Virus record (IMG/VR): IMGVR_UViG_3300020336_000481
Location: 64,001-128,000 of that record
Length of the DNA stretch: 64,000 nt
Source of the DNA: a virus
Taxonomy: Duplodnaviria; Caudoviricetes
Direction: 5' to 3' (one strand)
Shown here: positions 30,831 to 40,431 of the stretch, piece by piece
Numbering within the stretch: position 1 is the stretch's first letter
Layout of the letters: each line of letters starts with the position of its first letter
Notes under the pieces: model-generated
Seen by the model: only the letters and a program-made list of their open reading frames with translations
Told to the model about the DNA's origin: nothing
The model's database searches: none
Made by a program: the position numbers and the translations under genes

Positions 30831-31396
30831 CACTAGTTCATGCAGATTTATGGTCAAAAAGTAATGTTGGTACTATAGATCAACGACAAGATTTACTAAA
30901 ACAAATTCTTGCAGCAAAACAAGAAGGCAGTGTAGAAATTCAAGAAAGCAATGCAGGATGCTGGAGGTCAAGAGTAGAATATGAAAATTTAGATTGGCTG
31001 TTTACAGATCTTAAAACAATAGTTCAAAATGCTAGTGAATATTACTTTGATATTGACGAAGTATTTAGAAGTAGAGTGGTTGACAAACAAGTTAAATTTA
31101 GTTATTGGACAAACGTAAACGAATATAATGCATCTAATGTATTACATACACATAACAAAGACACGTTTACAGCTACATATTATCTACAAGGTAGTAGCAC
31201 AGGAACACTTAATTTTGTAAATCCTGCTAACATGACTTTAGAATGTTCAAACATATCACCAATGACGAGATCTGTTGCTGTTCAACCAGAAGATGGAGAT
31301 TTATTTGTGTGGCCAGGCTGGGTGCCACATGAAGTTGTACCTAATCCTAGTCAAAGGCAACGAATTAATATTGCATTTAGTATACAAGTATCATGA
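30815..31396 (+). CDS. Putative 2OG-Fe(II) oxygenase (TIGR02466-like)
   Basis: WTNVN...HTH...YYL...P..GDLFVWPGWVPHEV...RINIAF. Confidence 0.8.
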   Translation: MENKLALVHADLWSKSNVGTIDQRQDLLKQILAAKQEGSVEIQESNAGCWRSRVEYENLDWLFTDLKTIVQNASEYYFDIDEVFRSRVVDKQVKFSYWTNVNEYNASNVLHTHNKDTFTATYYLQGSSTGTLNFVNPANMTLECSNISPMTRSVAVQPEDGDLFVWPGWVPHEVVPNPSQRQRINIAFSIQVS

Positions 31397-32139
31397 TTTT
31401 TAAAAAGAAAAATAAAATAGAGTTTTTTTCAAAAGTTCCTGGAGTAGCGGAAACATTTCCAATTATTCCTACATCTAAGTTTAAACCTAAATGGGTAGAA
31501 GCATGTAAAAACGACTTTATAAGAAATAAAGGTTCTAAACAACCTAGTCACTTACAACTATGCCCTGGTATATTTGAAGTGTACAAATACGGGTACGTAG
31601 TTCCAATGTGGCATGATGTTACAATAAAAACTTTTAGAGATAGGGAAGATTTTGAAGCTGGAACTCCTAGTAAGCATTTAAATGAAATGTATAACGGAGA
31701 AGTAGTAGGTACACATCCTTATGAAATAACAAAATGGCTACCAAAAAGACCTTACAGTAAACATGCATTTGTTAAATTAAACACACCTTGGCATGTTATT
31801 GCTCCGCCTGGTGTAAAGTTTTTAGTTATACCTATCCCTTATGCTGACAATTATGACTATGAAAGTGCTATCGGAATCTTAGACCCTTCAGTAAGTACAG
31901 AAGTAAATATCCAAGCATACTGGAATGTAAATGAAGGAGAAAGAAAAATATTTGCAGGAACACCTATGATGCAACTTGTTCCTATAAGTGAAAAGTCGTT
32001 TGATCTAGATGTAAGAGATGCGACAGAGCATGATAAAATATGGTTAGACAAACGTACATACATATACATCTTTGGATACAAAGTTGATAAAGCAAAAATG
32101 AAAGAAGCATACTTAAAACATTTTGGAGGTAAAAAATGA
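31393..32139 (+). CDS. Hypothetical protein, DUF6065-like/dUTPase-like fold; paralog of 32551..33309
   Basis: CPGI, KLNTPW, PPG, GTPMMQLVP motifs. Confidence 0.6.
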   Translation: MIFKKKNKIEFFSKVPGVAETFPIIPTSKFKPKWVEACKNDFIRNKGSKQPSHLQLCPGIFEVYKYGYVVPMWHDVTIKTFRDREDFEAGTPSKHLNEMYNGEVVGTHPYEITKWLPKRPYSKHAFVKLNTPWHVIAPPGVKFLVIPIPYADNYDYESAIGILDPSVSTEVNIQAYWNVNEGERKIFAGTPMMQLVPISEKSFDLDVRDATEHDKIWLDKRTYIYIFGYKVDKAKMKEAYLKHFGGKK

Positions 32140-32558
32140 TACACGAATTAGTTACTAATGAATTAGTAATCTATACACAAGAACTAAGAGACGCAAAAGA
32201 TGATGTGTACAAACAACGTAAAGTACAGAAAGATAGGAAGAAAGCGGCAATGTGGTTACGCTTGTGGTTAGATCATCAAGAAATCTATTTAACATGGGAA
32301 GATGACAACGGAAATGATGTAAGTTCTATTGCAAGTACTACATGTGAATGGGAAGAACCCCCTATGTTTCCCACAACACCAATGTCAATAGAAATTATTC
32401 ATGGTGAAGAAGTAGAAGAAGATCAGTATATAAGATTTTATCAAAAACCTTCTGTTACACCTACAGCAGTACATATTGATAAGATTAAAAATTGGGTAAC
32501 AACTAATAACGATATTAAAAAACTGTCAGAAATATTTGGTAAAAATTTATATGCTTAA
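32136..32558 (+). CDS. Hypothetical protein
   Basis: SD GGAGG, ATGA overlap. Confidence 0.7.
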   Translation: MIHELVTNELVIYTQELRDAKDDVYKQRKVQKDRKKAAMWLRLWLDHQEIYLTWEDDNGNDVSSIASTTCEWEEPPMFPTTPMSIEIIHGEEVEEDQYIRFYQKPSVTPTAVHIDKIKNWVTTNNDIKKLSEIFGKNLYA

Positions 32559-33309
32559 TTTTTTTAGTAAAAAACCTAAATTAGAATTTGTTTCTTTAAT
32601 GCCAGAAGTTGCAGAATTAATGCCTATCATCCCTGCACGAGAACAAAATTTTAAATGGACAAAGTCTGCCTTAGATCATTACAAAAAAATTAAAAAAGAA
32701 ACTCCAGAGCAAGATTCATTTCATCACATAGCAAAGTGCCCAGGTATTTTAAATGTGATGAAGCAAGGATGGATACATAGAAGCTATCAAGATATATTTG
32801 TAAAAATAGAAAATGATCAGTTTGGTTGGAAAACACCTATAGACCAAAGTAAAGCAGATGTAGGTCATAAGTGGACATGGCCTTATCTTGGGTTACATGA
32901 TAAAGATATTATGGGTCCGTATTGTTTAGAAAGAGGAGCATATCATTCAATAGTAAAAATACAAACACCGTGGCTTGTTTATGTTCCTAAAGGATATCAA
33001 TTACTAATTACGCCTTTGCCGTATCCTGATATACATAAGTTTGAATCAACTACAGGATTTTTAAATGGTGGAGAAGGACCACAGTTTTTAAATGTACAAC
33101 TGTTTTGGTATGCACATAACGAAGAAGTTTTTATACCAAAAGGTACTCCGTTATGTCAATACCATTTAATTAAAAAAGAAGAAATAGAAGTTGAACAAAG
33201 AGCATACACAGAAAACGATTTAAAAAATTTACGTAAAAGAAATAATGTTGTAACTAGTAAGTTCAATAAAACATACAGTGATTTAAGGAAGATAACATGG
33301 AAAACTTAA
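32551..33309 (+). CDS. Hypothetical protein, DUF6065-like; paralog of 31393..32139
   Basis: KCPGI, KIQTPW, PKG, GTPLCQY; ATG at 32551 aligns with the paralog's N-terminus. Confidence 0.6.
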   Translation: MLNFFSKKPKLEFVSLMPEVAELMPIIPAREQNFKWTKSALDHYKKIKKETPEQDSFHHIAKCPGILNVMKQGWIHRSYQDIFVKIENDQFGWKTPIDQSKADVGHKWTWPYLGLHDKDIMGPYCLERGAYHSIVKIQTPWLVYVPKGYQLLITPLPYPDIHKFESTTGFLNGGEGPQFLNVQLFWYAHNEEVFIPKGTPLCQYHLIKKEEIEVEQRAYTENDLKNLRKRNNVVTSKFNKTYSDLRKITWKT

Positions 33310-33890
33310 CTTTAGAAGACTTTATCTTAGTAAAAAAGAATGCAATTAGTCCAGCAGATTGCAGAAAAGTTACTAATTATTTTGACGAAATGCAAAAATT
33401 AAACTTGACGTTTGATAGGCATCAGTTGCGTGATAGTCCTGGACATGAAAAGAAAGACGAAACATGTTTTCCAATGGAGCCTGATACATTAGCATTGCCA
33501 AAAACACATCCTGTATTACATACTATTGTAACTTCTGTAAAAGAAGCAATGAGTGACTATATTGTTGAATATAGTATTTTACAAGATACAAGTAGTCACG
33601 GAATTAGAAGTTGTAGAATACAAAAAACAGCAAAAGGCGGCGGATATCATAGATGGCATTTTGAAAGCGAAGGATTACCTTCATGTAATAGATTTTTAGT
33701 TTTTTCAATATACTTAAATAATGTTATGCAAGGTGGCGAAACAGAATTTTTATATCAGTCTAAAAGAATTGAGCCAGAAGAAGGCACACTACTAATATGG
33801 CCTGCTGGTTTTACACACGTACACCGAGGTAATCCTCCACTTAGTGGTAATAAATATATAGCAACAGGTTGGATTGAATACTTTGAATAA
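33297..33890 (+). CDS. 2OG-Fe(II) oxygenase (prolyl-4-hydroxylase-like)
   Basis: GGGYHRWHFE...YLN...GGETEF...WPAGFTHVHRG...KYIATGW. Confidence 0.85.
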   Translation: MENLTLEDFILVKKNAISPADCRKVTNYFDEMQKLNLTFDRHQLRDSPGHEKKDETCFPMEPDTLALPKTHPVLHTIVTSVKEAMSDYIVEYSILQDTSSHGIRSCRIQKTAKGGGYHRWHFESEGLPSCNRFLVFSIYLNNVMQGGETEFLYQSKRIEPEEGTLLIWPAGFTHVHRGNPPLSGNKYIATGWIEYFE

Positions 33891-34155
33891 AAAAGAATTA
33901 TATAATATACTAGGTGTAGATCCTAGTTGTTCTAAAAAAGAACTTAAAACAGCTTTTCGCAAATTAGCTGCACAACACCATCCTGACAAAGGTGGCGATG
34001 TAGAAATATTTAAAAAAATTAAATCAGCATTTGAGTTATTATCATTAGATAAAGAGTCTAACTTACCAACTAGACAAAGTAAACCTCAAGATGATTGGTT
34101 TAACTCAATGTTTGGTGGAAAAACAGGACCTTATAAACGCAATGGCATTTCATAA
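33874..34155 (+). CDS. Small DnaJ (J-domain) protein
   Basis: LYNILGV...ELKTAFRKLAAQHHPDKGG...IKSAFELL. Confidence 0.85.
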   Translation: MNTLNKKELYNILGVDPSCSKKELKTAFRKLAAQHHPDKGGDVEIFKKIKSAFELLSLDKESNLPTRQSKPQDDWFNSMFGGKTGPYKRNGIS

Positions 34156-34354
34156 AGCAGAACTTATAATTAATAGCCATAAAGATACGTATTTTAGTAA
34201 TAAAGCACACGAACATATTTTACAGTTTGAAAAACGATATTATTACATAAATTTTAAATTATCACATGATAAAACTTTTGTTACATTTGATAATGACGAA
34301 TCCTTAGAACAGTTTAAAAAGCACTGGAAACACTACCTTCGCGTTGTATACTAA
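34142..34354 (+). CDS. Hypothetical small protein
   Basis: ORF overlapping the end of the J-domain gene; start uncertain. Confidence 0.45.
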   Translation: MAFHKAELIINSHKDTYFSNKAHEHILQFEKRYYYINFKLSHDKTFVTFDNDESLEQFKKHWKHYLRVVY

Positions 34355-34359
34355 TTAAC

Positions 34360-34367
34360 GATAAATA
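34360..34367 (+). promoter_or_regulatory. Late promoter GATAAATA
   Basis: Upstream of SD AAGGA and ATG 34389. Confidence 0.7.
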
Positions 34368-34388
34368 CATTAGTTAAAGGATAGATAT

Positions 34389-35906
34389 ATGGCAAGTGAT
34401 CCAATTGTAAATAGAATTCGTATTATTCCTCGCCCCGACGGTTTTCTTGATCGTAATGTAGGCTCGAGTGGAGAAGTATTCTATGACAAACAAGCAAATA
34501 CTTTAAGGCTATATGATGGCAAGTTAGCTGGCGGCTATACATTATTAACATCAGGAAATTTATCACAACAACTTAGTGCATCTGGAGTTGCTGTTTTAGA
34601 AAAAACTGTTACTGTAGGAGTTGACACAGTAGCAAGTCAAGGATCCGGTGTATTTTATATTGACGGTGTAGAAAAACCTCAACTTAATTTAGTTAGAGGA
34701 TACACGTATGTCTTTGATCAAAGCGATGCAACTAACGAAAACTATGCTAGTTTATACCACCCATTAATGTTTAGTACAGTAGAGAACGGTGAACTTGCAG
34801 GTGGTGGACATTATAATACAGGTGTTGTTTATTTGTTAGATGATGATCCTGTTACAATGGCAAAATATGTGTCAGGATTTCAAGCAGCTACTACAAGAAA
34901 AGTTTTACTTACAGTAAAAACTAGCACACCTAATTCACTTTTTTATTGGTGTCATTTTCATTTAAATCAAGGAAACAGTATTACAGTTGCAGACCCAGGA
35001 ACAGGCTCTGGCAGCGGTGGAGGCGGTGGATCAGCTAGTGTAGAAGTTTCTGACACAGTACCAGCTACTCCTACATCAGGTAATATATGGTTTAATAGTT
35101 CAAGTGGTAGATTGTATGTATACGCAGGCGACACAGATAGTAATCAATGGGTGCAACCAACTGTGCCGGTTTTTCCAACATTTAAAACAGTAGCAATTAA
35201 AGACAGCGATAGTGCTACAATAGTAGCATCATCAGTAGCTGATACACTTACCTTTGAACAAGGTACTGGAATAGATTTACAAATTAATAGTGCTACAAAT
35301 ACTCTTACAATTACTTCTGCTTCAAGCAGCAGTGTAGGTAATTTTAGTTTTGCATCTAGTATTATTGATACAGATGATAGTAGTAGTATTATAATTACAC
35401 CCAGTGTTACAGTAAGTAGCGACTTAACTGTAGAAAATGATTTAGTTGTAAACAACACATTGTCTGCAAAACAGTTTATTAATACAAGTATAGGAGCACC
35501 AATATTAGATAGTGCATCAACACTTTCATTTGTTGCCCCAGATGGTGTATTAATAAGAGGTGAATTAAAATTAGAAAACAATAACATCACAGGCGTAGGT
35601 ACAATTAACAATGAACCTACACCTTTTATCATGGGAGTGCTAGATGGTAGCACAAACGCATGGTCAGGAGGAGGAGTTTCAGGAATAGTTGATAATGCCG
35701 TAGGCGATCATACACTAACATTTACTTCAAATCTTGGTACCACTGTAGACGATTTCCAAGTACTTGCAACAGTGCAAGATAAAACAGCTGGCCACAGTTG
35801 TGTAATATCAAAACCAGCTGTAAATCAAATTAGAGTTAATGTAGATAATTTATCAGGAACAGGAGTAGATTCCAAGGTATTTCTTGTAATTTATAAAACA
35901 GCATAA
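34389..35906 (+). CDS. Tail fibre-like protein with cupredoxin-like domain
   Basis: N-terminal GEVFYD...LRLYDG...GG fibre module; HPLMFS...YWCHFHLNQG; P..GNIWFNS..GRLYVY fibre motif. Confidence 0.7.
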   Translation: MASDPIVNRIRIIPRPDGFLDRNVGSSGEVFYDKQANTLRLYDGKLAGGYTLLTSGNLSQQLSASGVAVLEKTVTVGVDTVASQGSGVFYIDGVEKPQLNLVRGYTYVFDQSDATNENYASLYHPLMFSTVENGELAGGGHYNTGVVYLLDDDPVTMAKYVSGFQAATTRKVLLTVKTSTPNSLFYWCHFHLNQGNSITVADPGTGSGSGGGGGSASVEVSDTVPATPTSGNIWFNSSSGRLYVYAGDTDSNQWVQPTVPVFPTFKTVAIKDSDSATIVASSVADTLTFEQGTGIDLQINSATNTLTITSASSSSVGNFSFASSIIDTDDSSSIIITPSVTVSSDLTVENDLVVNNTLSAKQFINTSIGAPILDSASTLSFVAPDGVLIRGELKLENNNITGVGTINNEPTPFIMGVLDGSTNAWSGGGVSGIVDNAVGDHTLTFTSNLGTTVDDFQVLATVQDKTAGHSCVISKPAVNQIRVNVDNLSGTGVDSKVFLVIYKTA

Positions 35907-37507
35907 TGAGTGAAAAAGAATATATTGTAGTAGTAAAAAAAGGTGTAGACTTAGAAGTATTTGATGCTGATTTAGCATCAGATACTGGTGACAGTACTAT
36001 TCCTGAAAGAGCTGTTACAGTAGCAAATCCTAGACTAGGATCAAAGAGAATGACACACTGGATGCTTACAGACGATGAAGCACAAGCCCTAAAAAACGAT
36101 CCAAGAGTACTTGATGTAGAAATCCCTGTTGAGCAACGCGACGATATAGTTATACACCCACGTGCAATACAAACCGGAACGTTTAACAAAACAAATTCTT
36201 CAACAGGCATTAATTGGGGTCTAAACAGATGCGTAAGTGCTTCTAATAATTGGCCTTCAACTATCACAGAAAAAGTAGCGGCTGAGTATCCTTATGCATT
36301 AGACGGTACAGGTGTAGATGTTGTTATACAAGATAGCGGCATTGAACCTAATCATCCTGAATGGCAAGACACTAATAGCAATTCAAGATTAAAACAAATT
36401 GATTGGTTTACAGAAAGTGGTATCTCAGGAACACAATCTGCAAGTTTTTATAGTGATACAGACGGACACGGTACTCATTGTGCAGGAATTAGTGCAGGCA
36501 AAACTTATGGCTGGGCAAAGAATGCACATATATATGCACAAAAGGTCTCAGGATTAGAAGGTCCAGCAGATAGCAGTGGTATCAGTACGGCAAACTGCTT
36601 TGATACAATACGATTATGGCACTCTGCAAAAACTAACGGCAGACCTACAGTTGTAAACATGAGTTGGGGATATTCTACAACATTAATTGGAACCCCTGAT
36701 CCTACTAGCGGTACGCATTATAATGACAACACCGGTGTTATGGATACATGGACTTATGGTGATACAGGTTATACTACAGATAACAATATTTGGCAAAATA
36801 CAGGATTTGTGCCTAATCAAAGAAGCGGTAATAGAACAATACCTGTAAGACTATCAAGTGTAGATGCAGAAATAGATGATATGATTGATGCTGGAATACA
36901 TGTTATAATTGCAGCTGGAAATGATTACACAGTTAGTGCTAAAGATACTGCTACTGCCGCAGATCATTTTAATGACAGCATACAAATAGGCGGAGTAACT
37001 TATTATTATCATAGAGGCTCTAGTCCAAGATCTACAACTAATGAAGGTTTAGTAGTGGGAAGTATAGATGCTGATCTACAAGGTGAGTCAGATAAAATTG
37101 CACCATATTCTACAAGAGGCCCAGCAGTTGATATTCTTGCTCCTGGTTCTAACATAGTTTCAGCTTGTAGTACTGCAAGTATATACACAACGGCAGCTTA
37201 CCCTCCAGATACAACTTACAAAATTACAAATATTGATGGTACGAGTTTTGCAGCTCCACAAGTTGCAGGATTAGCAGCTCTTTATTTACAAGTACTTCCA
37301 AACTTAACTACAAGCGAATTAAAAACAAAAATACTTAATGATTCATTAAGTGTTGTATATGATAACCCTAATGCATATCAAGGTCCGCCTTTAAATTATT
37401 TAAATTATGGTAACGGACTATACGGAACTCCAAATAAAATGATGTTTAGTAAATATGGCCGTAATTCATCTTTTGAAATAAAAGGTAGTCTTAATGTTAA
37501 CATGTAA
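35906..37507 (+). CDS. Subtilisin-like S8 serine protease
   Basis: Catalytic motifs IQDSG, HGTHCAG and GTSFAAPQVAG; oxyanion AAGN; N-terminal I9-like prodomain. Confidence 0.9.
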   Translation: MSEKEYIVVVKKGVDLEVFDADLASDTGDSTIPERAVTVANPRLGSKRMTHWMLTDDEAQALKNDPRVLDVEIPVEQRDDIVIHPRAIQTGTFNKTNSSTGINWGLNRCVSASNNWPSTITEKVAAEYPYALDGTGVDVVIQDSGIEPNHPEWQDTNSNSRLKQIDWFTESGISGTQSASFYSDTDGHGTHCAGISAGKTYGWAKNAHIYAQKVSGLEGPADSSGISTANCFDTIRLWHSAKTNGRPTVVNMSWGYSTTLIGTPDPTSGTHYNDNTGVMDTWTYGDTGYTTDNNIWQNTGFVPNQRSGNRTIPVRLSSVDAEIDDMIDAGIHVIIAAGNDYTVSAKDTATAADHFNDSIQIGGVTYYYHRGSSPRSTTNEGLVVGSIDADLQGESDKIAPYSTRGPAVDILAPGSNIVSACSTASIYTTAAYPPDTTYKITNIDGTSFAAPQVAGLAALYLQVLPNLTTSELKTKILNDSLSVVYDNPNAYQGPPLNYLNYGNGLYGTPNKMMFSKYGRNSSFEIKGSLNVNM

Positions 37508-37513
37508 TAAATA
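37506..37513 (+). promoter_or_regulatory. Late promoter variant AATAAATA
   Basis: Upstream of SD GAGG and ATG 37531. Confidence 0.5.
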
Positions 37514-37530
37514 TACAAAAGAGGTAATCA

Positions 37531-39372
37531 ATGGCTATTAATTTTCCAAATACCCCAGTAGTAGATGACATATACACAGAAGGTGGTTCATCTTGGCAAT
37601 GGGACGGTACTGCGTGGAATGCTTTAGGTGCAGGTATTACACCTCCTAGTGTAGATCAATTTAAAACGTTTAATGCTGATACAGGTACTACTACAGCAAA
37701 TACACAAAACGATGTGCTTACAGTAGCAGGTGGCACTGATGTAACTACTAGTATAACAGGCGATATACTAACTATTAATGCATCAGTATCTGCGGGAGAC
37801 TCAAATCAAAATGCATTTAGTAATGTAGGTACCGATGCAGGAACAGTTGTTGCATCAACTACGACAGATACTTTTAATATTCAAGGTGGTACCAAAATAG
37901 CTACCCAAGCAAATGATAAAACTATCACTATTGATGTTGATAATTTAGGCATAAATGATCTAATAGACGTTGATACAGCATCAAGTGCTCCATCTAGTGG
38001 ACAAGTGTTAAAATGGAACGGCGTTAATTGGGCTCCTGGAACAGATGCAACATCAGGCGGTGGTGGATCAGATGCTGATACCTTAGACGGATTTGATGGA
38101 AGTTATTATTTAAATTATAACAATTTAAGTAACAGACCTAATATCAATAGTTTTACAACAGTTACAGTAAACGGACAAAATAACGTTGTTGCAGATGCTG
38201 CAAGTGATACAATAACTTATGTTGCAGGCTCAGGAATTAGTCTTACTACAAATGCTGTGACAGACTCTATTACATTTGAAAACTCTGCACCAAACGTTGA
38301 TCAAAATATTTTTAAGACTTTTAATGCAGACAGTGGCACAACAACAGCAAATTCTACAACTGATACACTAACTATAGCAGGCGGTACTGGATTAACTTCA
38401 AATCTTGTAGGAGATACACTAACTCTTAATGTAAATTCTTCGTTAAGTTTTGCAGGCGAAACAACTCTTAATGCTGGTAGTAACAATCTTAATTTAAGTA
38501 CAACTAATGGCGATGTTATGGTTAGTGCTAACGGCGGAAGAGTATCAATAGAATCAGCCGTTGGCAACTTAGAAATACTAAACACAGCAGCTAGTCCAGC
38601 AAATGTAAAAATACAATCTGCTGGCGGCGTAATTTTTAGTAACGGAACTACGCAATATATTTTTCCAGTAAATGACGGCACCGCAGACCAAGTGCTACAA
38701 ACAAATGGTTCAGGTGTATTATCATTTGCAGATGTATCCGGTGGTGGTGGAGGAGAATCTAATCAAAATGCATTTAGTACTATTGCGGTAGCAGGACAAA
38801 GTAATATTGAAGCTGATACTGCAACAGATACATTAAATGTAGCTGCAGGTGCAGGTATTTCTCTTACTAATACTCCTGGAACAGACACAATAACAATAAC
38901 AAATACAGTATCGGCAGGTGCGGCAAACTTTATACAATTAGGTGACATTGCACAGTCATTAGCATCAGGATATGGTAGTAACTTAACACCAGATCAAATA
39001 TTTGAAAATGCTATTGTTACTTTAAGAGTTGGCGCAACTGGCAACAACAGTGCATACTTGTTTAACAGTCATTACAGTGGAAACAATCCAACAATATATG
39101 CACTAAGCGGAACTACTATTGCATTTGATTTAACAGGTAGTGCAGGACATCCTTTCGAAATTCAAGATGGTACTGGCACAGCTTACAACATAGGATTAGT
39201 ACACGTTGGTGGTGACGGTTCAGTTAATACAGGGTCAAATGCTCAAAATAAAGAGTTTGGAACATTATATTGGAGAATACCGGAATCAATTTCCGGCGGT
39301 TATAGATATCAATGTACAGCTCATGCACCAATGGTTGGTTCTATACAAGTTAAACGTTTCTCAGCTATTTAG
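37531..39372 (+). CDS. Tail fibre protein with internal repeats and C-terminal cupredoxin-like domain
   Basis: MAINFP..WQWDG N-terminus; about five F.T...D.....A....D.L..AGG repeats; GHPF...YQCTAHAPM. Confidence 0.75.
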   Translation: MAINFPNTPVVDDIYTEGGSSWQWDGTAWNALGAGITPPSVDQFKTFNADTGTTTANTQNDVLTVAGGTDVTTSITGDILTINASVSAGDSNQNAFSNVGTDAGTVVASTTTDTFNIQGGTKIATQANDKTITIDVDNLGINDLIDVDTASSAPSSGQVLKWNGVNWAPGTDATSGGGGSDADTLDGFDGSYYLNYNNLSNRPNINSFTTVTVNGQNNVVADAASDTITYVAGSGISLTTNAVTDSITFENSAPNVDQNIFKTFNADSGTTTANSTTDTLTIAGGTGLTSNLVGDTLTLNVNSSLSFAGETTLNAGSNNLNLSTTNGDVMVSANGGRVSIESAVGNLEILNTAASPANVKIQSAGGVIFSNGTTQYIFPVNDGTADQVLQTNGSGVLSFADVSGGGGGESNQNAFSTIAVAGQSNIEADTATDTLNVAAGAGISLTNTPGTDTITITNTVSAGAANFIQLGDIAQSLASGYGSNLTPDQIFENAIVTLRVGATGNNSAYLFNSHYSGNNPTIYALSGTTIAFDLTGSAGHPFEIQDGTGTAYNIGLVHVGGDGSVNTGSNAQNKEFGTLYWRIPESISGGYRYQCTAHAPMVGSIQVKRFSAI

Positions 39373-39628
39373 AATCTTTAATTATTTTTTCAATTTCAGC
39401 AACACAATCGTGAATTTTAATTCTAGTGTCACGCAAATTTTGCGGTTTAATATAACCGTTTAGTGTTGTATCGTGTACAGTATTAACTTCGGTAGCATGT
39501 TCTTGTAGTTCAGATACTAAGTTCATTACCATGATTTTTGCTTTAGGATTATGAGTATTTTGAATAAATCTATTAAAACGTTTTAAATCGTATACAAATT
39601 TTTCTTCTTTAAATAAATCGTAAATCAT
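39365..39628 (-). CDS. Hypothetical protein
   Basis: 87 aa, coupled to the upstream cupin gene. Confidence 0.6.
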   Translation of the reverse strand: MIYDLFKEEKFVYDLKRFNRFIQNTHNPKAKIMVMNLVSELQEHATEVNTVHDTTLNGYIKPQNLRDTRIKIHDCVAEIEKIIKDSK

Positions 39629-39981
39629 TTAATATTATTTGCACTAATTACTGTAAAAACATCAGTTGGCAAAAAACTATTAGATACTTCATTAATGCTT
39701 CCTGTTGTTTCTAAACATTCCCAACTATGTGGATGTAATGGCGGAGCGTGATAAACATCTCCTTCTTTTAATTCTTTTTGTAACAATTTTCCAGACTGTG
39801 TGTCAATAAACCTTAATAAAAATTTACCATTGTTTATAAAGAATGTTTTATTAGCATCAGAATGAAAACGTAAATCAGTCTTTGCATTTTTGTTTTCAAA
39901 TAATAAAATTTTTGCAACATATCCTGGTTGCATTGCCCAAACAAGTTCCTTGCCCCATTTATGATTGTTTACTTGACTCAT
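39625..39981 (-). CDS. Cupin-fold protein (sugar isomerase-like)
   Basis: KWGKELVW...FH...LKEGDVYHAPPLHPH...EVS; SD AGGAG. Confidence 0.65.
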   Translation of the reverse strand: MSQVNNHKWGKELVWAMQPGYVAKILLFENKNAKTDLRFHSDANKTFFINNGKFLLRFIDTQSGKLLQKELKEGDVYHAPPLHPHSWECLETTGSINEVSNSFLPTDVFTVISANNIK

Positions 39982-39989
39982 GTTTTCTC

Positions 39990-40418
39990 CTATAATAAAT
40001 CTATCATTTTAAAGACAGTATCTAATTTTGTAACATTAGTTTTATTTGATAGTGTTGCTCTAAGACCTTGATGTAATGGCTTAGGCCATTTTCCAAAACT
40101 AACCCAAGCATAGCCATCATGTTCTTCATTAAGTACTGGAATAAACTCTTTTTCAATAACACAAACATATGTATGAAAAAGAAATTGTGAATCATTGCTT
40201 ATAAAAGTTTCAAGAGGTATTGTTTTTTTAATAGTAACTTCACCAATTTCTTCTTTTATTTCACGTTTTAATCCCTGCCAAGCTGATTCAGTACCTTCTG
40301 TTGTACCGCCTACAAGACCAAACAAATTTGACTGTTTGCCTTTTGTTCTATGCAAAAATAGAAAACGTTTTGTATCAAGGGTGTAAAAAAGTGCACCACT
40401 ACATATAATCTGATCCAT
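39990..40418 (-). CDS. Nudix hydrolase
   Basis: Complete Nudix box G-TTEGT-E-SAWQGLK-REIKEEIG; LNEEH..YAW; start placed at ATG 40418. Confidence 0.85.
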   Translation of the reverse strand: MDQIICSGALFYTLDTKRFLFLHRTKGKQSNLFGLVGGTTEGTESAWQGLKREIKEEIGEVTIKKTIPLETFISNDSQFLFHTYVCVIEKEFIPVLNEEHDGYAWVSFGKWPKPLHQGLRATLSNKTNVTKLDTVFKMIDLL

Positions 40419-40431
40419 ACAAATAATTATC

